This document shows, one piece after another, positions 1 through 13,580 of a DNA stretch of 64,000 bases. The notes under the pieces were generated by a model. It made no database searches, was not told the origin of the DNA, and saw only the letters and a program-made list of their open reading frames with translations. How positions within the stretch are numbered: the stretch's first letter is position 1; each line of letters opens with the position of its first letter. Position numbers and translations under genes: made by a program. This DNA comes from Octopus vulgaris (Eukaryota): assembly GCA_951406725.2 (NCBI GenBank), contig OX597840.1, positions 2,728,001 to 2,792,000 of the forward strand, read 5' to 3'.

Positions 1-108
1 TTCCTGATTACTTTCTGTGTTTTTCTAAATCCCCAGGACCCATAGTCTTCGGGATAGTCTTGCTACTCCATTTGTACCAAGTGGGCATTTTACGCTATCA
101 CAACATAC

Positions 109-583
109 TTGACTTGACTTGACAGCATTCACCTGGGGTGGGTTGAGCTGGCTTCATTCATCCTCAATGTTGCATCTCTCACAAACGCCGACCTGACCTG
201 GCGATTTGAGGCTAATGACCGCGTGATCTTCAACCACTCCTTATTCCAGCGACAAACGCCGTAGATATGGGGGCCTAGGTTGGGTTCCAGATCAGCCTTG
301 ACTGTCATCAGCCAGGTTTTTCGTTGTCCACCACATCGCCTTCGCCAACCCTGAAGGGGAACTCGGGCAATTGCTTCGTAGATGAATTCTCCTGGTTGAC
401 GACGGAGGGCATGACCCATCCAACGCAGACGTCTCGTTAGGATGACTTGTCGGAGGGAGATGATTCTGCACTGGTGTCGCACGGAATTGTTGGAGACAGT
501 GTGATGCCATCGGACACGAAGGATGCGGCGGAGACAGAGGTGATCGAAGGATTCTAGTCGCTAGGATTCAAGTCGCTAGGATT
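109..583 (-). mobile_element. RTE-clade LINE, 5'-truncated 3' fragment with (CAAGT)n tail
   Basis: ORF 129-482 carries the RTE C-terminal motif RRLRWMGHALRR...RRCGGQRKTW. The tail is CTTGA repeats on + at ~108-123. A 14-bp TSD with one mismatch flanks it: CTATCACAACATAC (95-108) / CTATGACAACATAC (584-597). Confidence 0.85.
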
Positions 584-827
584 CTATGACAACATACCCA
601 TATGGTTTTTTTTTGTCTCCTGTTATATGACATAAACTGCAGCTTAGGAATCGCTCTATGATATTTATATGATATAATAAGTATATTCTAAGTCAGCGAA
701 CTGGCAGAATCGTTTGCATGCCGGTTAAAATGCTTAGTAACATTTCGTCCGTTTTTACGTTCTGGGTTCAAATTCCACCGAGGTCAAATTTGTCTTTCAT
801 CCTTTTAGGATTGATAAACTTGTTTAT

Positions 828-1247
<420 letters not shown>

Positions 1248-2321
1248 CTTCTTCCTACCCATCTTCTTCCTTCTCTTCTCTTTCTTCTTCCCCTTCTTTT
1301 GCTACTCCTATTCATTCATTCAAGTATTGTTGTATGAATCTATGAAACAACTTATCAAGCCAAGTAGACCTCTTTATTCAAACACATTTCGTGTTTCATT
1401 ATTGTATATAATATTTTATAGTCCTTTTACCTGATGAAAAGCGGTGTGTTATTTCACTCAGTGACCAAAATATCCTGCAATCACTCTGTCGGGATATAGG
1501 GAAACATTCAGAGTTTTCGAAATGAAGAGATAAGATACTTTACTTCGTGTTAGATAAATATCTGTCAAATAAATAACTGAGATACAGAAGCACTTGTGTT
1601 TGTCATTCAGCACTGCCAAGCGGACTTGTTCTTTGCCAGATTATTTATATATCAAGCCCAGCAATTTGTAATAATAACAGAGAAAGAACATTGCTTGAAA
1701 CGTTTCCACTCTTGCTAAATTCCGAGCCTCCAATCGTTCCTCCATTCAGTGTTACGGGCTCATATATACGCGTGTGTTTATGCATGTATGTACGCACGCG
1801 CGCGTATGTGTGCGTGCGTGCGTGCGTGTGTGCATAGATGTGTTATTATCGACGTAGTTGTTGTTGTTGCTGTCCTTATTTCAGTCGTTTTAATTATTGA
1901 AAATTACATTATTTTCTGTCAGAAAATCATTATTTGCTATTTGTGAAATAAATATATTCTGCTGAAGACCTGATATTATCATTGTGCGTGAGGGTTTGTG
2001 TGTCTTTGTGTGCGTGTGTATGTACGTGCGTGCGCGCGACGTGTGTGTGTGTATGTATGTGTAACGTCTGCAGAGTTGTCAGCTTTTGCATGAATTATTT
2101 TTTTATTATTAGATGGGTGAGTTTATATATGCTGTAGACGTTTCCTTGGTTTACGAGTGATAAAATTAAATTTTTTTTCTATGTAAATTCAATTATTTTT
2201 TTTCCCAAACGGAGAAAATTAATACACAAATTTATATTTTTTCTCTATGTACTTTAGAAGTTCTGTATTAAGAAAAAAGTACATTTTCCACTTAGTTTCA
2301 CCTAATGAAAATGAGATATTT

Positions 2322-2388
2322 GTAAGAAGAAGAAAAAGAAGAAGAAGAAAAAGAAGAAGAAGAATAAGAAGAAGAAGAAGGAGAAGAA

Positions 2389-2434
<46 letters not shown>

Positions 2435-2479
2435 GAGAAGGTGGAGGAGAAGGTGGAGGAGGAGAAGGAGAAGAAGAAA

Positions 2480-2510
<31 letters not shown>

Positions 2511-2560
2511 AGGAGAGGAGGAGGAGGAGGAGAGGGCAATGAGGAGGACTAGGAGGAGTG
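2322..2560. repeat. (AAG)n/(AGG)n microsatellite
   Basis: Seen directly. Confidence 0.95.
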
Positions 2561-2677
2561 AAGAGTCAAGAAAAAAAGAAAGATGAAAGGCAGAAAGAAG
2601 GCAAGAGGAAGGAAGAAGTAAATAATAAAAACAAGAACAACAATAATAATTATTATTATTATTAGTAGTAGTAGCAG

Positions 2678-2906
2678 TATTCAGGTCACTGTCTGGAATC
2701 GAACTCGGAATCTTAGGGTTAGTAGACCGCGCTCTTAACCACTACGCCATATGCCCGTGGCCATAGTGGGTAAGAGCACGGGCTACTAACTGCAAGATTC
2801 CGAGTTCGATTCCAGGCAGTGACCTGGATAATAATAATAATCATCCGTCAATTGTAAATAATGTGAATAATGTACATAATTCCTCACCTCTTAAATATAG
2901 AACTGT
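2678..2906. mobile_element. Head-to-head inverted pair of tRNA-like heads followed by a tail shared with 8624-8698
   Basis: 2678-2753 is the imperfect reverse complement of ~2762-2830. The head has A-box (TAGTGGTTAAGAGC) and B-box (GAGTTCGATTCC) motifs. Tail 2842-2906 is the reverse complement of 8624-8698. Confidence 0.75.
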
Positions 2907-2937
2907 TACATAGGCTACGTTGCAAATAAGAAAGAAT

Positions 2938-3570
2938 AGGCGCAGGCGTAGCTGTGTGGTAAGAAGCTTGCTTCCCAACCAGGCATGAGAGTTCTGGTTC
3001 AGTCCCACTGCGTGGCACCTTGGTCAAGTATCTTGTACTATAACATCGGGCCGACAAAATCTTGTGAGTGGATTTGGTACACGGAAATTGAAAGAAGCCT
3101 GTTGTGTGTGTGTCTTTGTGTCTGTGTTTATCCTCTACGCCCATCATCTATTTCTTTACTACCCACAAGGGGCTAAACACAGAGAGGACAAACAAACAGA
3201 TTAAGTCGATTATATCGACCCCAGTGCGTAACTGGTACTTATTTAATCGACCCCGAAAGGATGAAAGGTAAAGTCGACCTCGGCGGAATTTGAACTCACA
3301 ACGTAGCGGCAGATGAAATACGGCTACGCATTTCGCCCGGCGTGCTAACGTTTCTGCCAGCTCGCCCATCATCGCTTAGCGACCGGTGTTGGTGTGTTTA
3401 TGTCTCCGCATCTTAACGGTTCAGGAAAAAGAGGCTGATAGAATAAGTACCAGGCTAAATAAAAAAAAAACAAATAAGTCATAGTGTCGATTAAGAAAAA
3501 CGGTTCAAGGTGTTGTATGTAGTGCCCCAGCATGGCCATCGTTAAATGACTGAAGCATGTAAGAGATAAC
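2938..3570 (+). mobile_element. SINE family B (tRNA head, CORE-like ACCTTGGGCAAG, LINE-like tail), interrupted by a SINE A copy
   Basis: Matches the copies at 33821-34252, 52375-52764 and 63115-63425. Confidence 0.8.
3149..3366 (-). mobile_element. SINE family A inserted in SINE B
   Basis: tRNA-like head GGCGAGCTGGCAGAAACG...GAGTTCAAATTCC. Flanked by the direct repeat CGCCCATCATC (3138-3148 / 3363-3373), which partly overlaps the head. Confidence 0.9.
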
Positions 3571-3631
3571 TGATAAAGAACCAGTGTTACATAGAGGAAG
3601 GAAAACGTTGTTACTTATCCGAAAATTAATA

Positions 3632-4041
3632 TATTTCTTTACTGCCCAGAAGGGGCTAAACATAGAGGGGACAAACAAGAACAGACGAAGGTATTGAGTC
3701 GATTACATCGCCCCCAGTGCGAAACTGGTACTTTATTTATCGACCCCGAAAGGATGAAAGGCAAAGTTGACCTCGGCGGAATTTGAACTCAGAACGTAAC
3801 GACAGACGAAATACCTATTTCTTTATTACCCACAAGGGGCTAAACACAGAGGGGACAAACAAAGGACAGACATAGGTATTGAGTCGATTACATCGCCCCC
3901 AGTGCGAAACTGGTACTTTATTTATCGACCCCGAAAGGATGAAAGGCAAAGTTGACCTCGGCGGAATTTGAACGTAACGACAGACGAAATACCGCTAAGC
4001 ATTTCACTCGGCGCGCTAACGTGTCTGCCAGCTCGCCGCCC
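3632..4041 (-). mobile_element. SINE family A dimer
   Basis: Two bodies share one head. Perfect 15-bp TSD ATCCGAAAATTAATA at 3617-3631 and 4042-4056. Confidence 0.9.
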
Positions 4042-4056
4042 ATCCGAAAATTAATA

Positions 4057-4345
4057 AAGAAGCTCGAACGTGAGCTATAAAACTTAAAACAAATAACAGT
4101 ACCGAAGATTTAGCAGCACATAAATCCCATATTAGGTTTAAAGATCACAAGGATAATTATCTAGTTGACCGCAAGTGTAAGCTTATTAACCTGACTAAGA
4201 GCGTTTTCTGTATAATTAGTAAACACATATTTTAGACGTGATTATCTTAAAAATTTAGCCAAGACACAAATTTATCTTTATGAGAAAATAGCTCCACGCT
4301 AATTAATGGGTTTAACCAGATAGAACAATAAATATAAATTTGTAT
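4057..4345 (+). pseudogene. Degenerate Penelope-like reverse transcriptase fragment
   Basis: Manual translation KDHKDNYLVDRKCKLINLTKSVFCIISKHI...NSSTLINGFNQIE resembles the PLE RT region LKDHKxNF...CRLINPxKSxxGxISKxILD...WxNxxxVIxWF. It contains stops and frameshifts. Confidence 0.65.
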
Positions 4346-4517
4346 ATGTCCACGGTGGCATCATAGTGAATTAGTCATCTATTTGTAAGCTTCCTTTGTT
4401 TTTTGCAATGCTTTAAGTTTTGGCAAGAATACAACATACTCCACGCCCTCTTGAATTTTCAAGTCTTCACCACTATGCCGATGACATACGTGAGGTGAAA
4501 TATGGGATTGTACGATG

Positions 4518-4960
4518 AGCGGCGAGCTGGCAGAAGCGTTAGCACGCCGGGCGAAATGCGTAGCCGTATTTCTTCTACCGTTACGTTCTGAGTTCAAATT
4601 CCGCCGAGGTCGACTTTGCCTTTCATCCTTTAGGGGTCGATTAAATAAGTACCAGTTACACACTGGGGTCGATGTAATCGACTTAATCCGTTTGTCTGTC
4701 CTTGTTTGTCCTCTCTGTGTTTAGCCCCTTGTGGGTAGTAAAGAAATAAGTATTTCGTCTGCCGCTACGTTCTGAGTTCAAATTCCGCCGAGGTCGACTT
4801 TACCTTTCATCCTTTCGGGGTCGACTTTGCCTCTCATCCTTTCGGGGTTGATAAATTAAGTACCAGTTACGCATTGGGATCGATGTAATCGACTTAATCC
4901 CTTTGTCTGTCCTTGTTTGTTCCTTCTATGTTTAGCCCCTTGTGGGTAGTAAAGAAATAG
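4518..4960 (+). mobile_element. SINE family A dimer
   Basis: Full copy 4518-4748, then a second body starting at GTATTTCGTCTG (~4750). There is a short internal duplication at ~4792-4850. Confidence 0.9.
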
Positions 4961-5055
4961 GTATTTGAGTTTAGGGGATTATATATTATCCTCTATCACG
5001 GTATCAACTAGAGTATTCGACGTTGCTATACATCGCTGATCACAATGCGCTTCTT

Positions 5056-5135
5056 TGAACTCAGAACGTAACGGCAGACGAAATACGGCTACGCATTTCG
5101 CCCGGCGTGCTAACGTTTCTGCCATCTCACCGCCT
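5056..5135 (-). mobile_element. SINE A head fragment
   Basis: Matches the first ~80 nt of SINE A. Confidence 0.8.
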
Positions 5136-6033
5136 TAACCGTTGGGGCTTTCATCTCCATGTTCTAAGCTACCAGCGTTTGGATGTCCCCTCAGACAGTG
5201 AGTGACCCCGTGTCCCTCTATAACTTTCTGTTTCAGAATAAAATTTGTACTTGCCCTTTTAGGCATATAAACCTACAACAATAGGATCAAATGCTACGCA
5301 GAGCGGTTTTCAGATTCACGGAAACCCTAAGTTATGGCCCTAGCACGATTCTACAGCACCGCTCTGCTCGACGATAATAATTTTTACATTTAGGCATTGC
5401 AGTAGAACTTTATCAGTATCCACTTCACAAATACACGACGGAAATATTAACACCTTAAAATATAAACGAAAAAGGAATTTAACATTGATTTGTCTACTCG
5501 GAACATAAATTAGCACAAGATTTTCATTGAAGTTTTAATTAAGGTCTGTTTAAAGTACTGAGTTCGTATAATAGAACTAGATTTGGTTTCTGGCCGATTA
5601 GTAGACATAGTGATACACAAAGCCGTTTAAATTTTCTGTACGTTTATTGCCTGAAGTGTCGATATAAATTAGCAATGAAAAACTATGTCAGCGACAAGGT
5701 CACAGCTGTGTCTACTTCCTAATATGAAGAAGTACTTTGTATAAACGCTGAAATGCCATAGAGAGGGTTGAAGCGTCATATTAAGTTAACTCTTTCTTAC
5801 CCAATATTTTTGTAAGTTGTATAATCAACACAAAATATTGTTTTGCATACCTTTTTTAACAATGAAGGGTTTCAAATTTTGTCTAACAAAACCGATGTTT
5901 AGGATGAGGTGGTTAGTCGATTACCTCGACCCCAGAGTTCAAATGGTGCTTATTTTATCGGCCCCGATGGGATGAAAGGCAAAAGTTGACACCGGCGTAA
6001 TTTGAACTGACAATGTAAAAACGGAGTAATAAG

Positions 6034-6098
<65 letters not shown>

Positions 6099-6129
6099 TT
6101 AATAATAATAATAATAATGATAATATGGA

Positions 6130-6323
6130 TTCTTAAACATTCTCTAAAACAACACTATGTACAAAACCAAATATATGGCACTCTAGGCATAACACCAACA
6201 TAAACTTCCAACTTGTCGTTTCTTGAGGTCTGTGGGTGAGACTTGGAGCCAACTTGTACAAATGTAAAGCAAAAAATCAAAAATAAAATTATAATAATAA
6301 TAATAACAATGATGATGATGATG

Positions 6324-6397
<74 letters not shown>

Positions 6398-6612
6398 TTT
6401 ATTTATTTATTTATTTATTTTATTTTATTTTATTTTATTTTTTTTATTTTTTATTTTGTTTTTATGTATTAGACATTCACTAGTACAACACCAAAAAAAA
6501 AGAAAAAACTTAAATATATGGCACAGAACTTCCAACCTGTTGTCTCTTGAGGTCTCTGGGTGAGACTTCGAGCCAACTTGTACAGACATAAAGCAAAAGT
6601 CAAACATAGAAT

Positions 6613-6680
<68 letters not shown>

Positions 6681-7070
6681 CTAAAACAATACCTTTTGTC
6701 GTAGGTGCCCTAGAAATTATAGAAGACTGAAACAATACTTGTTGTCATAGGTGCCATAGGAATGATAGCAAAAGGGGCTGATTCCTACCGAGCACAGATA
6801 CTAGGAAACCCCAAAATGGCAGAGATTCAAAAGATAGTGCTCATGGGAACTGTTTATATCCTACGCAAAATACTGTCTATATAATCTCAAATTTTGAAAC
6901 AAACTTATAATTTTCTTATGTTTTAAAATTCTCTAGAACAATACTATGTGCAAAACCAAATATATGATTCCCGAGGCATAACACCAACATGAACTTCAAA
7001 CATGTTGTCTCTTGAGGACTCTGGGTGAAACTTGGTGTCAACTTGTACAAATACATAGCAAAAGTCAAAT
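6130..7070 (+). mobile_element. Three 3'-end fragments of an R4/Dong-clade non-LTR retrotransposon, each bounded by (AAT)n (~6130-6290, ~6470-6610, ~6680-7070)
   Basis: They share the 3'UTR CTTCCAACCTGTTGTCTCTTGAGGTCTCTGGGTGAGACTTGGAGCC. The third encodes VVIGAIGMIAKGAD...EIQKIVLMGT, the C-terminus of a restriction-like endonuclease. Confidence 0.8.
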
Positions 7071-7129
7071 ATATAATAATGATAACAACAACGACAACAG
7101 CAACAATAATAATAATAATAATCGATGCT

Positions 7130-7902
<773 letters not shown>

Positions 7903-8098
7903 AGGAAACAAATAGTAATCATAACAAAAGACTCTGATTTAGGTACAAGTCTATCGATCTTTTTCAGATTATTCAATAGTTCTTTGAATAATGGAAACCC
8001 TTTTTTTACTCCAGAAAATATAGGCCATCCTACCTCTTCACGCATCTTATTGCCTTACAATACAGCACAATCGTTTTATAACAATGACGATGACGATG

Positions 8099-8130
<32 letters not shown>

Positions 8131-8698
8131 GATGATGATAGTATTTCATATTGACATAACATTTCAGATTCATCGATGCTAACGTGTATCGATATGTCAT
8201 TTTATCGACATTGAGCGGACGAAAAAAATAAAGTTCACGGTTGTAGGATACGAAATCGGAATGTAAAAATACAATAAGAATTATCACAAACCATTTCTAC
8301 CGATTTTTCACCATAAGACCTAAAGGAAATACCGCTGAATATTTTGTCCGAGACACTAATAATTTTGCCAACTTCTGCCAAATTTTTCCCCAAAAGTAGT
8401 TAATAAAAGGGATCAACAAAACATCTGTCATCGAAAACAGAAGACAATAAAAACAGTTGGAATTATATAAAAACGTAACATTGACAACCGAAGAATTAAA
8501 TCTAAATTGAATATTACAGTCGTTTTTTTCGTGAGATTGGAGGAGGAGAATATTTCGATCACGGCATAATTTTTGCCGATCAGAAACACATTCTGATTTA
8601 ATTATTAACTTAAATAATTTAATACAGTTCTATATTTAAGAGATGAGGAATTATGTGTATTATTCACATTATTTACATTATTTATCTTTGACGGATAA

Positions 8699-8957
8699 CG
8701 TTATAAGGATTTGCGTTGGGTCTACTTCATCGAAAACCGGTGATTGTCGTACGCCGACGACAGGTCAATACCTAGAAACTGCAGTCCGTGCGTATCACTT
8801 AGGTTGACGAGGGGTGGATGACCTTCCTTTGCAAATACCATAAGAGCACAGAAAGTATGCCTAAAGCCAGCTGTAGACGATGATATCTTGGGGCTACAAG
8901 CTACAGTAACACTCACCCTTAGTGGTTAGCCATATTGAGATGGCAAGTATACCTCAC
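8699..8957 (-). mobile_element. Unclassified ~260-bp interspersed repeat (second copy at 25750-25967 +)
   Basis: The two copies align in reverse orientation; see the near-identical spurious ORFs 8722-8916 and 25791-. It interrupts the 8624-9014 element. Confidence 0.75.
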
Positions 8958-8982
8958 ATTGTCATCATCTTGTTTGATGCTA

Positions 8983-9014
8983 ACACAACGTTTCGGCTGA
9001 TATACCCTCCAGCC
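8983..9014 (-). ncRNA. 3' half of a minimal type I hammerhead motif (truncated)
   Basis: The minus strand reads GGCTG-gagggtatat-CAGCC GAAA CG TT GTGT: stem II, GAAA, palindromic ACGT stem III and an NUH site. The CUGANGA half is replaced by the LINE junction. Confidence 0.5.
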
Positions 9015-10200
9015 ATTCGCAGCGCCCTGCCTTCGCCGCCGATAACCGCGACAGCCCGTTGAAGTAGGGCTTGAAATCAAACCTGCGACCCAGCTCGCTA
9101 CTGCTCCAGAAAATTTCAGTGAAGCGCCGCACAATGGCCGTATATATCTGTCTCGGATCAGTTATCATTTGCTCTTCTCGGTTCGGCAAGGGTCGTATCA
9201 TAGATTTATTGCCACGCCGTACCACTTCCGCTTGGACCCATTGAACAGTTTTCGCCCCTTCTTGTCTAAGTGCTCGTGCCATAGCTTCGAAACGCAACCT
9301 TCGTGTTCCTTATTTATGAATTGGTCTGGTCCCAATCTCGCTGCAAGCACCTGGGTCACGATGCCTTTTCCAAAACCTTAGTCTAAACTCTTGACTAGCC
9401 CTGTCTCTACTCTGTTTCTTTCTACTGCTAGTCCTTTATTAAATCTTAGCGAATATAATCTGATCGTCCTTTTCAGGGAGAACCATAATTTATTCTTAAT
9501 TTCTGCCCCTGTCAACGACCCCTTAACTAGTTCAGTAATCCGGTCACTGAAATCTTTACTCACCAGCAACGACGTCTTCAGTTTCCAGTGACCGGGTCCC
9601 TGTCTATGAAACCTATCTAAGTCGACTGTGCAGATCCCGAATTTGTGTCTGTGTAGTCGACTTAATTTAAACTGTGGGCAACATATGCTATTCTTATCTG
9701 CTAATTTACAAAATACCCTATTGAGATATGATCTGGATTATCCAATGCGGCTTGACCAGGTCCACACTGACACATCCGAGAAATCCAGTCGATTCCTGTG
9801 AGACATTTGGAATAGTCTGAGCAGGTTTGCGAAGCTTTTGCACCCTCCTCTCCTATCTGCTAAATCTACAGACTCCCACCTTACATCTAAAACTCCATTC
9901 CAGTTCCTCACTAACACTAAAGTGCGGGACGTTCCCAGAAAAAATTTTCAGACGTCTGAAGAAATCTGGTCATTCTGCCCCTGTCAGGGCATAAGCGGCA
10001 ATTAGCTTGAATTATGTCCTTCGCTTTCTGTCACACCCAGAAACACCGACTTACCTTCCGGATCCAGGAAGGTCGTCTGTATTGCAGGATCCAGATTTTT
10101 CCGAACCATCACGGTGACTCCGCCTCCCGCTTCCGGATGATTTGGAGGTGCGTACACCACATAGTCACCGAAAATAGGTAGGAAATCCCGTGAGTCAGAT

Positions 10201-10491
10201 GACCTCAGGCCACGTACATTCTTCGAAGACGACCCCAGGTCACGTACATTCTTCGAAGGTGATCTCAGGCCACGTACATTCTTCGAAGTTGATCTCAGGC
10301 CATGTACATTCTTCGAAGGTGATCTCAGGCCACGTACATTCTTCGAAGGTGATCTCAGGCCACGTACATTCTTCGAAGGTGATCTCAGGCCACGTACATT
10401 CTTCGAAGTTGATCTCAAGCCACGTACATTCTTCGAAGGTGATCTCAGGCCACGTACATTCTTCGAAGGTGATCTCAGGCCACGTACATTC
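10201..10491. repeat. 30-bp minisatellite, ~9.7 copies (GATCTCAGGCCACGTACATTCTTCGAAGGT)
   Basis: Units start at 10201, 10231 ... 10471. It encodes NVRGLRSPSK in frame on the minus strand. Confidence 0.97.
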
Positions 10492-10879
10492 ACGCTGTCT
10501 ATTCTACGCATGGCCATGTCTGAAAAAGAAAAGAAAAGAAGAGAAAAGAAACACATGGTTTTGTTTGGAGGGACGCATTGCTGTCCCTCCCGTTGGGTTG
10601 GGTGTAAACACTAACAGTAAATCACCAACAATTCTCTTCGTGATACTCCCTCGAAAATCTCCGATTTCCTGTGGGAGTTGGGTTTTTAAGTGTGTGGATG
10701 TGTTTTGTGTTGCTTGAATGATTTGTATGTGTCCAGGAAGGGAGATTGTGGGTGTGACAAATTCTTCAGGTGTAATGTTTGTGTTATTATATGCTTCATT
10801 AATTCATTGATTTTTCTGGTTATCGCCATGTAGTTTGTATTGTTGGTGTCTTTAACTTATGTCGTTGTTGTTGATGATG

Positions 10880-11208
10880 TGGTTGTTGTTGTTGTGGTGG
10901 TGGTGGTGGTGGTGGTGGTGGTGGTGGTGGTGGTGGTGGTAGTAGTGGTGGTGGTGGTAGTGGTGGTGGTGGTGGTGGTAGTGGTGGTGGTGGTGGTGGT
11001 GGTGGTGGTGGTGGTGGTGGTGGTTGTGGTGGTGTTGGTGGTGGTGGTGGTGGTGGTGGTGGTGGTGGTGGTGGTGGTGGTGGTGGTGGTGGTGGTGGTG
11101 GTGGTAGTGGTGGTAGTAGTGGTGGTGGTGGTGGTGGTGGTGGTGGTGGTGGTGGTGGTGGTGGTGGTGGTGGTGGTGGTGGTGGTAGTGGTGGTGCTGG
11201 TGCTGGTG
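10880..11208. repeat. (GGT)n microsatellite inside the LINE ORF1 tail
   Basis: Seen directly. Confidence 0.95.
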
Positions 11209-13034
11209 ATTATTGTTGGTGTGGTTGCCTGAGTGAAATGGTTTGTGTTTCAGGTGTCAGAGATGGCGATGTCGATACAGTGTTTGTTTTTGTTCTTTTG
11301 ATTTTTTTCTTTCTACTTATTATGTGGATGAGGATGAGGATGAGGATTGTTGTTGTTTGTCCATGCTTGATTTTTCTTTCTGTTTCCTTTTCTTATTTTA
11401 GTTTCAATTTCCATTCCTCATCGCTGCCCGACTCTCCACCTGTGATATCTACCCGCTCTGCATCGGGAAACGGAAACTCTTCGGGCACTGTTTGGGGAAA
11501 CTCAGTGTTGGTATGGTTGGTATGTGTTGGTGTCGCTGGTGCCACGGCTGAATCTGCTGAAGGTGATAGTGCTGCTGCTGTTGTTGATGGAGTTCTGGTG
11601 GCCGTTGTTGGTGTAGGGAGGAGAGGTGCCCGTCTTTCTTTTTCCTTCCGTCTACGGCAGAAGGCTTTTAAGTGGTTAGTTGAAAAGTAAACGTGGAACT
11701 TTGCTTTCCTTCCATCTACCCTGACTGGAAGTATGCTGCCTCCAGGAAGAAAGATCCGATCCGGGATGAGATCTACATTCTTCTGTATCATTTGTATGAG
11801 GAGTTCTATGGACACCCGAACCAGTTCTTCCTTTTGGTCTGATAGGCTGCGAGGATTTTCGAGTTTTCTTCGATATCCATCGTCACTGCAGCAATTAGTC
11901 AAGGAATGGCTATTTTTAGCAGCATCTGTTGAATGATGAGTTTGTCCAGTCTCTGATGGAATTTGATGGAATTCAGAGAGTCGTGTTTGGCTTCTTCCAC
12001 GGTGCAGAATCGGACGTCCAGCATTCCGTAGGCCTTTCCGCTCGGTATATATTTCTTTAGATTCCGCACGGAACCTAAGGCTTTTTGCATTTGAGCCTCT
12101 GCGGCTCTTTCCACTCTCCATGATTTTAAACCGATTATACGGTACATCACTTTGCGGTATATCATATCCTGGATTGTCCCAGGGTGGGGTATTTAGCTTT
12201 ACAGCTACTCTATGTCTCTCGACTAGCTGCCTAGCATTTTTAAGTTACTCTGCAGAGAATTGTATTCTCTGAAGAGATGACTTATTGCTCCAGCAAAAGA
12301 AAGTTTGGAAGAGCTAATCCAAACCGTTGCACCGGTTTGTACCCCAGTTCCTTCATTGTTTTTCTCGTTGTTGTTGCTTTTGGTGTTGTTGTTGTTGTTG
12401 TTGTCACCTTTGCTATTGTTTTTGCTGTAGTTGTTGATGGTGCCACTGATGTCGTTTTTGGTGTTGTTGTTCCTGCTGTTGTTAGTGTTGTTGTTATTTG
12501 TACTCGCATTTTTCGTTGCTTCGCTCACGAAATGACTTTCATTGTTCACATTTTTGAAATCGCTGCTTTTGCTTCGGAAAATGTTGTCATAAACAGAGCC
12601 GTTGCTTTTGTAAAGATCTTCTAAGAGATCCCTCTCGAAAAAATTGACCATGTTGTCCTTTTTGTTCATTTTTTCAACAAAAACACCACTATCGTCTGTT
12701 CTCTTTTCAGCGCGAAGTCTCTTCTCCAGTCACACTCTCTCTTAATGACCACTGGTGACGCTCTTCACTCTCTCCCCCTCTCTCACATATGAGCATCACC
12801 GTGTTTTGTGTTTTCGCTGTGTTGATTGGGGAAGCGCAGACAACTATGACTGAAAAACAAAATCAATTGACCTGACCCCTAAAACTGGGGGACATAACAC
12901 GAAAATAAACTCACCACTCGACAGTAATTAACCTGTTGTCCACGATAGTACAAACGGGTATTATGTATTTTTCTTTATAAAATACACGAAGATGTCAAGC
13001 GAGTCTTACCAGGCTGCCGGCCATGATGATGAGG

Positions 13035-13115
<81 letters not shown>

Positions 13116-13580
13116 GCCTCCTCATTGATATGATTGTCCCAATCGATATAAACGTATCTGTCAAGACCTACCAAAAAACTGAGCAAATATAAAGATCTTG
13201 AAATAGAAATCAGCAAAATGTGGATCCTGAGAGACTAAAACAATACCTGTTGTCATAGGTGCCCAGGGAATGATAGCAAAAGGGGCTGATCGCTACCTAA
13301 CTCAGATACCAGGAATCCCAAAATGGCAGAAATTCAAAAGATAGTGCTCCTGGGAACTGCTCATATCCTACGCAAAATATTTTCTATGTAATCTCAAGTT
13401 TTAAAACAAACAATTTTCGTTTGTTTTTTAGACATTCACTAGTACAACACTAAATACAAAACCAAATATATGGCACACTAGGCATAACAACAACATGAAC
13501 TTCCAACCTGTTGTCTCTTGAGGTCTCTGGGTGAGACTTGGAGCCAACTTGTACAAATATAAAGCAAAAGTCAAACATAG
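13116..13580 (+). mobile_element. R4/Dong-clade retrotransposon 3' fragment (REL endonuclease C-terminus plus 3'UTR)
   Basis: LLIDMIVPIDINVSVKTYQK/LSKYKDLEIEISKMW...IPVVIGA.GMIAKG...IQKIVLLGTAHILRKIFSM*. It is preceded by (AAT)n and followed by ATAATAATAA. Confidence 0.85.

Larger units (their letters stand above)
9015..13020 (-). mobile_element. L1/Tx1-group LINE, 5' part (5'UTR, ORF1, ORF2 APE endonuclease), 3'-deleted and degenerate
   Basis: ORF1 pieces are 12669-12223, 12165-11899 and 12121-11393, followed by a Thr-rich (ACC)n tail. ORF2 starts MRRIDSVNVRGL, with later APE-type motifs LVLVRNWNGVLD, WTWS...SYLNRVF and GPGHWKLKTSLL. No RT is present and the 5' boundary is approximate. Confidence 0.8.

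Noticed and set aside
1431-1530. CTGATGA hammerhead-like core
   Set aside because: I could find no downstream GAAA/NUH arrangement with complementary stems I and II.
2757-2830. Functional tRNA gene (also the SINE heads at ~17040-17110, ~35820-35897 and 38971-39045)
   Set aside because: They continue into repeat bodies without an oligo-T terminator and have imperfect acceptor stems, so they were treated as SINE heads.
7930-8075. Short unique peptide MREEVGWPIFSGVKKGFPLFKELLNNL as a host exon or PLE RT piece
   Set aside because: It is too short, with no convincing splice sites or diagnostic motif.
10201-10491. Possible CRISPR array (30-bp repeats)
   Set aside because: The repeats are contiguous with no unique spacers, lie in frame in a LINE ORF2, and no cas genes are present.
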